Shown piece by piece: positions 20,007 to 30,167 of a stretch of 64,000 bases of DNA. The first letter of the stretch is position 1; each line of letters begins with the position of its first letter. Under the pieces are notes generated by a model. That model saw only the letters and a list, made by a program, of their open reading frames with translations, did no database searches and had not been told where the DNA came from. Source of the DNA: an uncultured delta proteobacterium (GTDB lineage Bacteria; Myxococcota_A; Polyangia; Polyangiales; Polyangiaceae); assembly GCA_963782055.1 (NCBI GenBank), contig CAWAIF010000003.1:5312001-5376000 (forward strand). The letters run 5' to 3'. A program made the translations under genes and the position numbers.

Positions 20007-20450
20007 ATGCCCACCCTCCAGCAGCAGCTCCAAGCCCTCGCCAGCTCCTTCGCCCACGATGTTCTCGCCGCCATGCGCGGGGCGTCGCTCGAGGACCTGG
20101 TCGCCGAGTCCAGTCATGGGGGAACAGCAACGTCGCGGGCTCCTGGCGCGGCGAAGCGGTCGGCCAGGACGAAGGCCGCCGCCACGCAAGTTCCGGTTGC
20201 CACCACGAGGGCTCCGCGCACGGGCAAGGGTGGTCGCCTCTGGCGCCGGTCGCCCGAGGAGATTGAAGCCGTCGTCGGCAAGATTGCCGCCCTTCTGAAG
20301 ACGAAGAAGGATGGTCTTCGCGCGGAGCAGATTCAGGCCGCCCTGGGCCTGACGCGCAAGGAGCTGCCCAAGCCTCTCGCCGCCGGTCTGGCGGAGAAGA
20401 CGCTGAAGAAGAAGGGCAAGAAGCGGGCGACGATCTACTACGCGGCGTAG
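20007..20450 (+). CDS. Basic DNA-binding (nucleoid-associated-like, wHTH) protein
   Basis: Lys/Arg rich; GLRAEQIQAALG...KKGKKRATIYY. Confidence 0.65.
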   Translation: MPTLQQQLQALASSFAHDVLAAMRGASLEDLVAESSHGGTATSRAPGAAKRSARTKAAATQVPVATTRAPRTGKGGRLWRRSPEEIEAVVGKIAALLKTKKDGLRAEQIQAALGLTRKELPKPLAAGLAEKTLKKKGKKRATIYYAA

Positions 20451-20707
20451 AGCGGGTTCGCCGTCAGTTCGCAGCCTGCCGACCGAAGTAGTCCTCCAGC
20501 GCCGTCTTCACCGCGGTGACGCCGTAGCCGAGACGCACCCGGATGACCGGGACGGGAGCGCTCTCCAGCATGCGCGTCTCCTTGTGGTTGACGAACATGT
20601 TCACCAGGATGCTGCTTTCCGAGGAGCTGCGGCCTTCAATGGCGGGGTAGTGCCCGGCCAAAAAAGTGCACCACGAGGCCTGCGCCCTCCGGTGCTAGGG
20701 TAGAAGC

Positions 20708-21442
20708 GTGGAGTCCGGAACGCATACCAGCATGGGCCCTGGCGGCGTCCTCGGAGCCGGCATCTACCCGGCTGGGGAGGCTGCGCGCCTGGCCCAGCTT
20801 GAGCCGCAGCGCCTACGCCGATGGGTTGCCGGCTACACGTTCCGCGCCCGCACGGGCGAGCGGCGGGCCTCCGGCCCCGTCTTCAAGGGCGACACGAGAC
20901 GTGACGGCCAACACCTCGTGTTGTCGTTCCTCGACCTCATCGAGGCATGCTTTGTGAAGGTGTTCCTCGACCATGGGGTCAGTCTGCACACCATCCGTCT
21001 CGTCGCCGAAGAGGCCGAGGTGATGTTCAAGACGACGCATCCCTTCTGTGTGAGGAAGTTCGAGACAGATGGGGAAACCATCCTGGCCCGGCTCCGTGAC
21101 GACCGCGTCGACGGAGAGCGCCTGCTCGATTTGAAGCGCAAGCACTTCGTCTTCCCCGTCGTGTTCAACCCCCTTTTGAAAACACTCGACTACGACGCCT
21201 CGGGCAACGCCATCCGCTGGTGGCCCCGCGGCAAGGGCACGCCCGTGGTCCTCGACCCGAACCGCGCGTTCGGCGCCGCCATCGTCGAGCGCTCCTGCGT
21301 CCCAACGCGTGCCTTGTTCGACGCACACCTTGCAGGTGAAACCCCCGAGAGTATCGCGAAGTGGTTTCGCGTCGAGCTCGACGAGGTACGGGCCGCCATC
21401 GCCTTCGAGAAGTTGCTCCGGCGCACTACGTCGCGCGCGTGA
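20708..21442 (+). CDS. HTH + DUF433 antitoxin
   Basis: GIYPAGEAARL, LSFLDLIE, VVLDPNRAFGAAIV...VRAAIAFE. Confidence 0.8.
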   Translation: MESGTHTSMGPGGVLGAGIYPAGEAARLAQLEPQRLRRWVAGYTFRARTGERRASGPVFKGDTRRDGQHLVLSFLDLIEACFVKVFLDHGVSLHTIRLVAEEAEVMFKTTHPFCVRKFETDGETILARLRDDRVDGERLLDLKRKHFVFPVVFNPLLKTLDYDASGNAIRWWPRGKGTPVVLDPNRAFGAAIVERSCVPTRALFDAHLAGETPESIAKWFRVELDEVRAAIAFEKLLRRTTSRA

Positions 21443-21840
21443 GCCACTACTTCTTCGACAACAACATCGCGCCGGCCATCCCGGAGGCGCTCCGAGCTCT
21501 GAACCAAAGGGCCATCCACATCTGCGACTGCGCTGGACACGACATCGCACGCGATGCCATGGACATCGACTGGATGCCGAAGGTCGCGAAACTCGGGTGG
21601 GTCGCGGTCACGGTCGACAACAACATCCAGCGGCGCCGCGAGGAGAGGAACGTGCGCCAGGGCTGCGCGCTGCGCGTTGTCTACTTACCGGGCAAGTTTG
21701 GGCGGAATTTACGGTTCTTTCAACAAGCGGTCTTTATCATCCGCGCCTGGGAGAATATCATCGAGGCGACGAACGACGCGCGGTCGGGGCAGTGCTTCTC
21801 CGTGAGCGAGAAGAATCACAGGGTCAGCTTGATGAGGTGA
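21439..21840 (+). CDS. PIN-like toxin (VapC45/DUF5615-like)
   Basis: YFFDNNI, DIDW, GWVAVTVDNNI; GTGA overlap with DUF433 gene. Confidence 0.75.
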   Translation: MSHYFFDNNIAPAIPEALRALNQRAIHICDCAGHDIARDAMDIDWMPKVAKLGWVAVTVDNNIQRRREERNVRQGCALRVVYLPGKFGRNLRFFQQAVFIIRAWENIIEATNDARSGQCFSVSEKNHRVSLMR

Positions 21841-22668
21841 AGGACCCGATAGCCGTAGTCTCGGCTGTCGACGTTTACGGGTCCAGCGCTGCCGGGAAGT
21901 CACCGAACCCGTTCGCCGTCGCATTCCACGCGCGAATGTCGCTCCCAAACGTCGCGACGTAGGCCGCGACCATTTGTGCGAGTTCCTCTCCGGATTGGCG
22001 ACCGACGACGCAGATGTCTGTCTCCTCATGTCGTTCGCGGCGACAGCGAAGGCTGTCGCGCAGGAGCTCGCGCAGGTGGACGTCTGCGGGAGGCAGGCTG
22101 TACCCAATGAAGACCCAACGCGAGGCCCGAACGAACTCCTCGGCGGCCCGGCCCCAAACAAGTTGAAGGGCCGGGTCGTTGTAACTGCGCAGAAACGACG
22201 GGTACACCATCACGTACCCGAGTCGCTCCCGTGCGCACGCCCAGCACCGCGCCGCCTCTGCGACGTTCGCGTGTCTGTCCACGGTGGTGAAGACACTGTG
22301 GCATGCAAGACAACGGACCCAGTTAAGGGCCCCATGCAAGCGGAGAAGCAATATTGCTCGGTCGGGTCGTGGTTGTGCAAACTGAGGGGCCTCTGGGCAC
22401 CGGCCGTTGGAGAGAGTGATGCCATAGTCGAGGTCAACGTCTGCGACGCCGCCTCTCATATTCAAAAGGCACCGGTCAAGATTGATGTCGTAGTTCATCG
22501 TCACCAGTACATGCTGCCGTGCCGTACCGGCTCGAGCATCGGGCAGTAGCTTTTCCAACAACTCGGCGTATGGCGAGCGGGTCCGTGTGGGCTCTCACGA
22601 GCATGGGACCCCCGCTTCTCAGAAGCATTCCCCCCGGGGTCCTTGCGTGACTGCCCTATCTCCTTCTC

Positions 22669-23454
22669 CTAATTCGGGTCCTTCTGTCCAGCCCTACCGC
22701 CCTTCTTCAGCGAGGGCTTGAGGCGGCGGCGGTACGACTCGCCTTCGATGACGAGGTCGTAGGCGTTGCTGGTGAAGCGATCGATCGCGGCCTGGGCGCG
22801 GATGGGATCGGTGAACGTGGCGAGCCATTCGTCAGGTCCGCGGTTGGAGGTCACGATCATCGAGCCGCTCCGATGTCGTTCGGTCATGATCTCGTAGGCG
22901 TCGCGGCTCTCGGTCGCGTCCATCGCATCGAGACCGAAGTCGTCGACGATGAGGAGGTCGACGGCGATGAGGCGACGGAGCTCGGTCTCGTAGCTGTTGT
23001 CGAGGCGCGCGTGGCGCAGGGTCTTGAGCATGCGGTCTGCGCGCAGGACGAGAACGGAGTGGCCACGGCGACACGCCGCGTGGCCGAGCGCGTGCGCGAG
23101 GAACGTCTTTCCGACGCCGACGGGGCCGACGAGCGCGACGTGCGCGTGGGCCTCGACGAAGCGGAGCGAGATGAGCTCGTTGAGCAGCGCTTGGTCGTAG
23201 GTCACCTTCGAGCTCGGATCCCACTGCTCGATCTGCATCTGCGGATCGAGCTGGGCGCGAGCGGCGCGCATCGTGACCGACGCGCTGTCGCGACGCGACA
23301 CCTCGTCGGAGAGCAGGAGAAGGAGGAAGTCCTGGTGCGCCATCTTCTGCTGGCGCGCGAGCGTCAGCCTCTCGGGCAGCGTGTCGATGAGGCGCCCCAA
23401 TTTCAGGCGCTTCAGCGTGGTCGTGAGGTCGGGGCCGATCACATCGATGGTCAT
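22669..23454 (-). CDS. istB: IS21 helper ATPase IstB
   Basis: GPVGVGKT, LLIVDDFG, TSNR, AAIDRF. Confidence 0.92.
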   Translation of the reverse strand: MTIDVIGPDLTTTLKRLKLGRLIDTLPERLTLARQQKMAHQDFLLLLLSDEVSRRDSASVTMRAARAQLDPQMQIEQWDPSSKVTYDQALLNELISLRFVEAHAHVALVGPVGVGKTFLAHALGHAACRRGHSVLVLRADRMLKTLRHARLDNSYETELRRLIAVDLLIVDDFGLDAMDATESRDAYEIMTERHRSGSMIVTSNRGPDEWLATFTDPIRAQAAIDRFTSNAYDLVIEGESYRRRLKPSLKKGGRAGQKDPN

Positions 23455-25019
23455 GCGGTATCTCCTTCTTTCTTCGGTTGCACGGCGTAGGTTTCGGCCG
23501 GGCGCAGGTAGCGTCCGAGCGGGATCACATTGGTGGGCGTCGGCGCGCTCGCAGGCGTCGTACCGAGCTCGAGCATCCGCGCGAGGCGATGCACGCTGAC
23601 CATGTCGGCCGCGAGGGCACGCGCGCACGCGTCGTCGACGCGCGTAGCGCCGAAGCGACGCACGAGGCCGAGCAGCGCGCGGACGCCGCGCATCTTGGTC
23701 CAGGGGAGCGGCGCCTCGAGCAAGCGGCCGGCGAACAGGCAGATGGACTCGCCGTGCTTGCGCGCTTGCTCGTGGAGGAACGTCACGTCGCGCATCGCAT
23801 AGGGGCGACGGTCCTCGGGGAAGTCGCTCGGATCGGTCGAGCGCCCGCCACGCTGTTGCCGCGGGTGAGTCTTGACCAGGACGCCGGCGTCGTAGAAGCG
23901 CACGAGCTGCGAGTCGGCGCGGGAGCGCAGGCGCTTGCCGATCAGGCGCGTGGGCAACGAGTAGAGCGCACACTCCACCTGGGCGAAGTGGTCGCGCGCC
24001 ACTTTGGGATCGCCCCAGGAGGGCACGTCGAAGGGAGCCGTCGGGGCGGGCAGGAGCGCGGGCTTCTCGACGGCTTCGAAGTGCTCGCGTGGAAGACGGT
24101 ACGTCGTCGAATGCCTGCGCATCCCGTACTCGCGCTCGCACCAGCGGAGCGCGTGCACGCGGGTCATCTCGAGGTCGAGCATCCGCTCGCCGCCGAAGCA
24201 GTCGTCGCGGACATCTCGCACGCTCCGCTCGACGCGGCCCTTGTCCGTCGGCGTGCGCACCCGCGCGGGGTCGATGTGGAAGCCGCGTGCCTGGGCGTAC
24301 TCGAGGAACGCCGTGGTGATCGTCGGCTCGAGCGGGTCCGCCGTCTGCACGATCGCCTTGGTGTTGTCGGGCAGCAGGACGCGGAAGACGCCGCCGTAGA
24401 ACTCCCACGCGGCCTCGCACGCCTCGATCGCCGTCGCGGTGGACTCCGACCAGCAGGGGTAGACGAATCGGTAGCGCGAGACGTTGGGCGTGAAGATCCA
24501 CGCGCGGAAGCGGTGGCGACGGCCCGAGCCATCGGGCTCGAGCAACGTCATCCAGCCGGTGTCGACCTGGAGCTCCTCACCGGGCTGCCCGTCGACGACG
24601 GGCAGCGTCACGGTCTTGCGGCCGAAGCCGAGCTCGACGGCGGCAAAGCGATGCAGCGTCGAGTACGGAATGTCCACGCCGTCGCGGAGCAACAGGCGCC
24701 GCACCTTCGACAGCCGGACGCGACCGTCGAGCTTCTCCTCGATGAATGGGCGATGCTCCTGGCATCGCTTCCACGCCTCGCCGTGCAGCCGCGTGGGCGC
24801 GCCGCAGAGCGTCGCGAGGATCGCGTTGAGGACCTCGTCCGTCAGCGCGCTCTCGCCCTGTCCGGCGGCAAGCCCGCACTGCTCGGCGGCCCGCGCGTAG
24901 CGCCGCACGGTCTTCGGGTCGAGCCCTACGCGTGCCGCCACTCGCTTCTTCCCGACCCCGGCCAGCCACTGCCGGAGCACCTCCTTGACCTCGATCATCG
25001 TGACCTCGCGGAATGCCAT
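23451..25019 (-). CDS. istA: IS21 transposase IstA
   Basis: LDPKTVRRY HTH, PGEELQVDTG, PDNTKA, KGRVER. Confidence 0.92.
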   Translation of the reverse strand: MAFREVTMIEVKEVLRQWLAGVGKKRVAARVGLDPKTVRRYARAAEQCGLAAGQGESALTDEVLNAILATLCGAPTRLHGEAWKRCQEHRPFIEEKLDGRVRLSKVRRLLLRDGVDIPYSTLHRFAAVELGFGRKTVTLPVVDGQPGEELQVDTGWMTLLEPDGSGRRHRFRAWIFTPNVSRYRFVYPCWSESTATAIEACEAAWEFYGGVFRVLLPDNTKAIVQTADPLEPTITTAFLEYAQARGFHIDPARVRTPTDKGRVERSVRDVRDDCFGGERMLDLEMTRVHALRWCEREYGMRRHSTTYRLPREHFEAVEKPALLPAPTAPFDVPSWGDPKVARDHFAQVECALYSLPTRLIGKRLRSRADSQLVRFYDAGVLVKTHPRQQRGGRSTDPSDFPEDRRPYAMRDVTFLHEQARKHGESICLFAGRLLEAPLPWTKMRGVRALLGLVRRFGATRVDDACARALAADMVSVHRLARMLELGTTPASAPTPTNVIPLGRYLRPAETYAVQPKKEGDTA

Positions 25020-25679
25020 CGACGCCTCCCGGAACGGCCACCCGTGCCGGTCCTTCTGCGTCGTTACGAGCAATCACGCGAGGGGGGGGAATGCTTCTGA
25101 GAAACTCGCCTCCCGAGGGGGGGAAAGGTCCTGAGAAACTTTCAGCCCCGAGGGGGGAATCCTTCTGAGAAAAACGTCATGCCGGGGTCCCTAGGTCGTG
25201 AGAACTGACAGTCCGCTCGCGAGCGTGCGGTTTCCATTTCAACGAGTCGCCTCGACCGTAGCTCATTGTTGCTCGTCGCAAGGCCTCGCGAAGCCTGTCC
25301 AGTGCTACTTCGGCAGCGCGACGGCTCTCGGGCGACGTCCGCGTTTCGAAAAGTGCCAGCTCGTACGCCGAGAAGACCTCCTCCAGACTCAGACGAGGGT
25401 CGTCCATTGCCAGGCCTGGCTGCACGCGCGCGCAGAGCTGGCGAACGGTCTCCTGTAGTTCCGCGAGACCGCCGGGCTCGTCCGCAGGTCGACCCGCGGG
25501 CTGCATCCCCGCGAGCCGCTTGAGCATGTGAACCTGCGCGGGAATGGTGTAGGGCGGTGGTGCGGACGCGCCCGCACCAAAGACCCATACCGTTCGAGCA
25601 TGACCCAGCGCGAGCCGGTCAAAGGTCGCCATCGTCTCCCGCCCATCCTTTGCGTGGCCCGAAGGTGCCGACGCGGGTG

Positions 25680-26408
25680 TCACGCGCCGACCCACTCCGC
25701 AAGCGGGGCGAGGAAGCTCTGCCAAATGTGGTCCGACGTCCACACGTTCTCCGTTCGGCGTCGCTCCGAGCATTGGAACGTGGCGCCGACGTAGGCATCG
25801 ACCCACGTGAAGCCGTCGACGTCCTGAAGTGCAGACGCGAGCGCTGCGTCGCTTGCTACCGACCCGAACAGCTTGTGATATCGGGAGCGCTTGGGCTCGA
25901 GTTGAACGGCGAGCTGTCCACCGTTCCCAAGTGCCACGGACAAGACCTCGCGGTCGCCGCGGGGTGAGCCCGGCGAAAGAATCGGCCCGAGAACGAAGCA
26001 AAGCGTCACGTCGAGCCCAGTGGTGCGCCCGACATCGCGAATCCTCTCCGTGACGCGCCCCGAACGGAGGTCCCTCAAGAAGCGCGACCACATCCAGTCG
26101 CCGGTTACAACTACGCTCTGCCCGGCGTCGAGTGCGGCGGCAGCGTCCTTCGACAAGCCCTTCTCAACGTAGAGCGCAACGTCGAGCGTGTCCGGCTCGT
26201 CGCCGAACTCGAACGCGTACTTGCCGAGGTGGTAGGCCGGCCAGTCGCCACGCTCGTCCTGCGGAACGAGCCACCAGAGCGTCTCCCGCGGCTCGTATTG
26301 GTTCCACAGCCGCGCGGAGAGCTTGCCGAGGCGCTCACGAAGCGCCGGGACTCCCTGCAACTCCTTGCAGGCATCCTCCGGACAGGCGAACGACACCCAC
26401 GGTTCCAT
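25680..26408 (-). CDS. Hypothetical protein
   Basis: Open frame with plausible start MEPWVSF; co-oriented in defence cluster. Confidence 0.6.
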   Translation of the reverse strand: MEPWVSFACPEDACKELQGVPALRERLGKLSARLWNQYEPRETLWWLVPQDERGDWPAYHLGKYAFEFGDEPDTLDVALYVEKGLSKDAAAALDAGQSVVVTGDWMWSRFLRDLRSGRVTERIRDVGRTTGLDVTLCFVLGPILSPGSPRGDREVLSVALGNGGQLAVQLEPKRSRYHKLFGSVASDAALASALQDVDGFTWVDAYVGATFQCSERRRTENVWTSDHIWQSFLAPLAEWVGA

Positions 26409-26544
26409 CGACCACCTCTTCGTTGACGGCCCTGACCATGCTGCTCTCACGTCCGGCCCGAGACAAGGGCAAGGAGCCAAGCAGCCCGCGTCCATGCACC
26501 GGTGGCATCGGTCGGACTTCCCCGGACAAGCGAAGGCGGGGCAA

Positions 26545-27666
26545 TCAGCTCGCCGCCGCCTTGATGCGGCCGACCTCGTGGACAAACCCCGCCACGTCCC
26601 GCGGGAACTCCGGCGAGCCCACCCTTCCGACCACCACCACCCGGCTCGGCTCCTCCCGGTCGGGCTCCCGCATCTTCACGCCGCCGCGGAAACGCTTCCA
26701 GAACAGGTCCGGACCGATGCCCTTCTGGCCGCCGCCGATGCGACCGCGGTGGACGAGGTAGATGTCTCCGGTGTGCGGGTCGCGGGCGAAGGCGCCGCCC
26801 ATCTTCCGGTCCACGCCCTCCAGCGGCGGGTTCACCTCCACCGTGATTTGCAGCGACCTGGCCGGGTCCGGCCGCGAGATGCCGAAGGCGTTCCAGTAGC
26901 GGTTGTCGAGCTTCTTGAAGAGCGCCCACATCTTGAGGGGCGGGGACCAGTGGATGGTGTAGATGCCGCTGCCCCCGTGGTAGCCCACCTTCTGCTGGCG
27001 CTTCCCGGCTGCGACGCCTGCGAGCTGGTCCTGGACGTCCTTCATCGCCTTGCGCACCGTCTTGCCGTCGACGATGAGCTCGAGCTCCGGCATGTCCGCG
27101 TCGGGTGCCGTCGACCGGATGAACGGCGCGCCCAGCTCCATGAGCTCGTCCCAGAGCTCCACGCCGTCGTAGAACGCCGTCGCGTAGTACTCGAGCTCCG
27201 AGGCGGACGGGACGTGGGCCCTCGCGCGCGCCTTCCTGAGGAGCGCTTCGACGGATGCGGCGAAGGGGTCGAGGGCGGCGCCCTGCCAGTGGACCATCCC
27301 GTCGAGCGGAGCCATCAGGCCGGCGGGGGCGAGCCGCCCCGCGCCCATCAGCACCCGCGCCTCGTTCCCACGCTGGAAGCGATAGACGTTTGCGCGGAAG
27401 GAGCCGTCGGCGGCGGGCACGAAGCGCAGGCAGTCGTGGTCCTGCAGCCACTCCAGCGCGGCGGGCTCCGACCGCAGGCCGTCGACCGCGACGAAGGCGG
27501 CCTCAATCTTCGTGGCGTTCCTCTCCAGGGCGGCCCAGAGCGACCACTTGCCGGCGCTCGAGGCCGCCGCCGGCGTGGCGAACGACATCCTCTCGCACCA
27601 GTCGCACGCCTCCTCGAACGCCGTGTGCACCGCGGCCGGGGTGGTGAGAACGCGCAGCTCGCTCAT
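26545..27666 (-). CDS. Protein with degenerate PLD-like N-terminal domain and unknown C-terminal domain
   Basis: FRANVYRF...VLMGAGRLAPAGL aligns to FHxKxYxF...GSxNxTxxGL but lacks catalytic H/K. Confidence 0.65.
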   Translation of the reverse strand: MSELRVLTTPAAVHTAFEEACDWCERMSFATPAAASSAGKWSLWAALERNATKIEAAFVAVDGLRSEPAALEWLQDHDCLRFVPAADGSFRANVYRFQRGNEARVLMGAGRLAPAGLMAPLDGMVHWQGAALDPFAASVEALLRKARARAHVPSASELEYYATAFYDGVELWDELMELGAPFIRSTAPDADMPELELIVDGKTVRKAMKDVQDQLAGVAAGKRQQKVGYHGGSGIYTIHWSPPLKMWALFKKLDNRYWNAFGISRPDPARSLQITVEVNPPLEGVDRKMGGAFARDPHTGDIYLVHRGRIGGGQKGIGPDLFWKRFRGGVKMREPDREEPSRVVVVGRVGSPEFPRDVAGFVHEVGRIKAAAS

Positions 27667-27668
27667 GG

Positions 27669-30029
27669 TTACAGGTCCATTCCCGTGCCCGGCTTCTTGT
27701 GGGCGTAGTAGCGGGTGAAGGTGTCGAAGAACATGTCCGCCCGCACGCGCCAGAAGTCCGGGCTGGCGTTGGGGCCCGGCTTGACGCCCCGCCGCTGGGC
27801 GTCCTCGAGCGCATCCAGCGACGGCGCGTAGGCGCGCTCCCGCTGCCGGAAGTCACGGTTGTGCCCGGCGCTCGGCATGTCGGCGTGGAGCATCTCGTGG
27901 AACATCAGAAACTCCACGACGAAGAGCGGGACGTCCGGCGAGTTCAGGACGCAGTTGAGGGTGATGCTCTTGTCGGAGTAGCGGCAGAATCCCCAGAGGC
28001 TGGTGGTCACCCGCGTGGACCACCGCATGTCGCCGATGAGCGGCGAGCCGTTCGGGAAGTGCTTCTTCACGCTGAGCACGCCGTCACGGAGCGCCGTCAG
28101 GGAGTAGCCCCGCTCACCCTCCGGCCACCCGCGCGGCGCATCGGTCGGCACCACCTTCACCACCTCCGGCGCGGCCGGCGGCTTGGGCGGGCTCAGGATG
28201 TTGTTCAGCTCCCGGCTGACGTCTTCGATGAACGCGTGCTGGTCGTCCCGGTAGACGCCCCGGCACGCCGGTTTGGCGTCCCAGATGTCCTGCATGAACT
28301 TCTGCTGCGCCAGCAGGGCGAGGTTCTGGTCGACCATGGCGCGCGCCACCGTGCGGGGGTCGAACGCCTTCTTCTCCTCGAAGGTGTAGCTGTGGATGGT
28401 GCAGCCCTTCCGCCGCGCGTCGAGCAGGCCCTTGATATCGGCCCAGCGGGGGAGCGGGTCGGGTACGTCGGCGAAGTACTTGCGGAGCAGGTCGCGCGCG
28501 ATGTCTTCGGTCACGTCCTCGGGGACGGACTCGGGCGTGGGGAAGGCGGCGAGGAGCGCGGCGAGCTGCTCGTGCTGGTTGTCGAAGACCATCACCGACC
28601 GGCGCTGCAGGTCGTCCTCGAAGGTCTCCTCCCACGTGTACCAGCTGTGCGGAAGGCACTGAAAGACGCCCTCCAGCTGGCCGCGGACGTTGCTCTGCAG
28701 CAGCCGGTACGCCTCGCGCACCAGCTCCACGGGGATGGGGATGCGCTGGGTGTCCGTCGGTGCCGCGGTCTCCTTCGAGACATCGAGCGGCTCGCTCAGC
28801 ACGTACTCGGCGTCGAGCACGTTGAACTGCTCCCAGGTGTCGAGGAAGGTGACCAGGTACGCCGTCTCGTTGCCGCTCGACTCCTTGCCGCGCAGCGCCC
28901 GGCCGACCATCTGCGCCAGCAGCCCCTCCGAGTGTGTCGGCCGGGCGATGAAGACGGTGCGCGTGTGCGGGGCGTCGAAGCCCTCGGTCAGCATCTCGAC
29001 ATTGACCAGCACGTCGGGCTTCTTCTTCTCCTGGTACCTGACGATGATGTCCTGCGCGTCGTCGCGGCTATAGTCGACGTAGTCCGCGTCCACGCCCTTC
29101 TTCTGGAACTCGCCGGCGAGGGTCTGCGCGTGCAGCGTGTCCGCGGCGAAGACGATGGTCGGCCCGTACGTCCCGCGCTTCTTCAGGTAGTGCTCGACGA
29201 TGAGCTGGTTGCGCGAGGCGTTCTTGGCGAGCCGGCCGAGCACGTTGGGGGCCAGCTCCCCGAAGCGCTCCAGGTGCTTGTAGTCCTCCGGCGTGAAGTC
29301 CTTCTCCAGATTCACGTTGGTCTTCACCGTCTCGAAGCTGGGGGCCGCGAGGATGCCGCGCTCGGTGAGCTCCCGGCGGGTGACCTGGTAGACGACAGTC
29401 TTGTCGAAGAGCGCGCTCAGGCGCTTCTCGTCCTCCTCGTCCGAGCGCACCGGCGTCGCGGTGAGGCCGAGCAGGGGCGCGCCGGCCTTCTTCAGCTTCT
29501 TGAGCAGGTCGTAGGAGCGGGGGGCTGGCGCGTGGTGCGCCTCGTCCAGCACGACGAAGAGGCCGCCGGGCGAGCCGTCCTGGAGCTCCGCGAGGAAGCC
29601 GGTGTTGAGCACCGCGCTCTGCATCGACGAGAAGACGACCTCGTGCTCCGGGCTCACCGCCGACCACTTGCCGAAGACGGAGGAGATGGCGATGAAGTTC
29701 AGCGACTCCTTGCGCGGGTGGGCGACGTTGGCGATGCGCCGGAAGGCGTTGAAGGCCTGGCGGAGGAGACTGCGCCGGTGGGCGAGCCAGAGCACCCGCC
29801 CGCCGTTGGCGATGTGGTTGCTGAGGAGCCAGTGCGCGGCGAGCAGGGTCTTGCCGCCGCCGGTGGGGACGACGACGAGGCCCGCCTGCTTCCTGTTGTT
29901 CAAGAAGTGGGCGCTGAGGCGGTCCTGCGCCGCGAGCTGGTGGTGATGCAGCGTCACGGGGCTCGGCTGCGCGCGCAGCTTCAGGCGGACGTCGTGCTCC
30001 CAGGTGGAGGAATCAGTGGTCGTGATCAT
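27669..30029 (-). CDS. SF2 (Res III-like DEAH) helicase fused to C-terminal YgjP/SprT-like Zn metallopeptidase
   Basis: PTGGGKT, DEAHH, GLTATP, LTEGFD, QMVGRALR; WG.C...ITLN..L...HEMLH...GH...F. Confidence 0.85.
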   Translation of the reverse strand: MITTTDSSTWEHDVRLKLRAQPSPVTLHHHQLAAQDRLSAHFLNNRKQAGLVVVPTGGGKTLLAAHWLLSNHIANGGRVLWLAHRRSLLRQAFNAFRRIANVAHPRKESLNFIAISSVFGKWSAVSPEHEVVFSSMQSAVLNTGFLAELQDGSPGGLFVVLDEAHHAPAPRSYDLLKKLKKAGAPLLGLTATPVRSDEEDEKRLSALFDKTVVYQVTRRELTERGILAAPSFETVKTNVNLEKDFTPEDYKHLERFGELAPNVLGRLAKNASRNQLIVEHYLKKRGTYGPTIVFAADTLHAQTLAGEFQKKGVDADYVDYSRDDAQDIIVRYQEKKKPDVLVNVEMLTEGFDAPHTRTVFIARPTHSEGLLAQMVGRALRGKESSGNETAYLVTFLDTWEQFNVLDAEYVLSEPLDVSKETAAPTDTQRIPIPVELVREAYRLLQSNVRGQLEGVFQCLPHSWYTWEETFEDDLQRRSVMVFDNQHEQLAALLAAFPTPESVPEDVTEDIARDLLRKYFADVPDPLPRWADIKGLLDARRKGCTIHSYTFEEKKAFDPRTVARAMVDQNLALLAQQKFMQDIWDAKPACRGVYRDDQHAFIEDVSRELNNILSPPKPPAAPEVVKVVPTDAPRGWPEGERGYSLTALRDGVLSVKKHFPNGSPLIGDMRWSTRVTTSLWGFCRYSDKSITLNCVLNSPDVPLFVVEFLMFHEMLHADMPSAGHNRDFRQRERAYAPSLDALEDAQRRGVKPGPNASPDFWRVRADMFFDTFTRYYAHKKPGTGMDL

Positions 30030-30050
30030 CGTCTTGCCTCCTGAGGACGA

Positions 30051-30066
30051 TGCCAGCGCCGTGCCA
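30051..30066 (-). promoter_or_regulatory. Sigma54 (-24/-12) promoter
   Basis: TGGCAC-GGCGC-TGGCA just upstream of AGGAGG RBS of the helicase gene. Confidence 0.75.
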
Positions 30067-30167
30067 ACAAGTGACCCCCTGATTTCCCGCCAACAAGGGC
30101 TCGCTGCCGTAAGGAACCTACCGAGATCGGAAGCTTCCTTCTCCCCCAGTACATGTCGGCCAAACAG

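Larger units (their letters stand above)
22586..25210 (-). mobile_element. IS21-family element, 5-bp TSD GTCCG (22581-22585, 25211-25215)
   Basis: TG...CA ends, imperfect IR TGT..TCTCACGA..GGGACCCC, multiple subterminal GGGGGGAA..CTGAGAAA repeats. Confidence 0.92.
21875..25632 (-). pseudogene. SIR2-family protein (~375 aa reconstructed) interrupted by IS21
   Basis: FGAGAS (N-part), TMNYD, LHGALNW, CxxC pairs, FIGYS (C-part); removing IS restores HARERTRSPYAELLEK in frame. Confidence 0.88.

Noticed and set aside
25080..25175. Short CRISPR-like array of GGGGGGAA...CTGAGAAA repeats
   Set aside because: They are IS21 subterminal repeats, mirrored at the other IS end, with very short spacers and no cas genes
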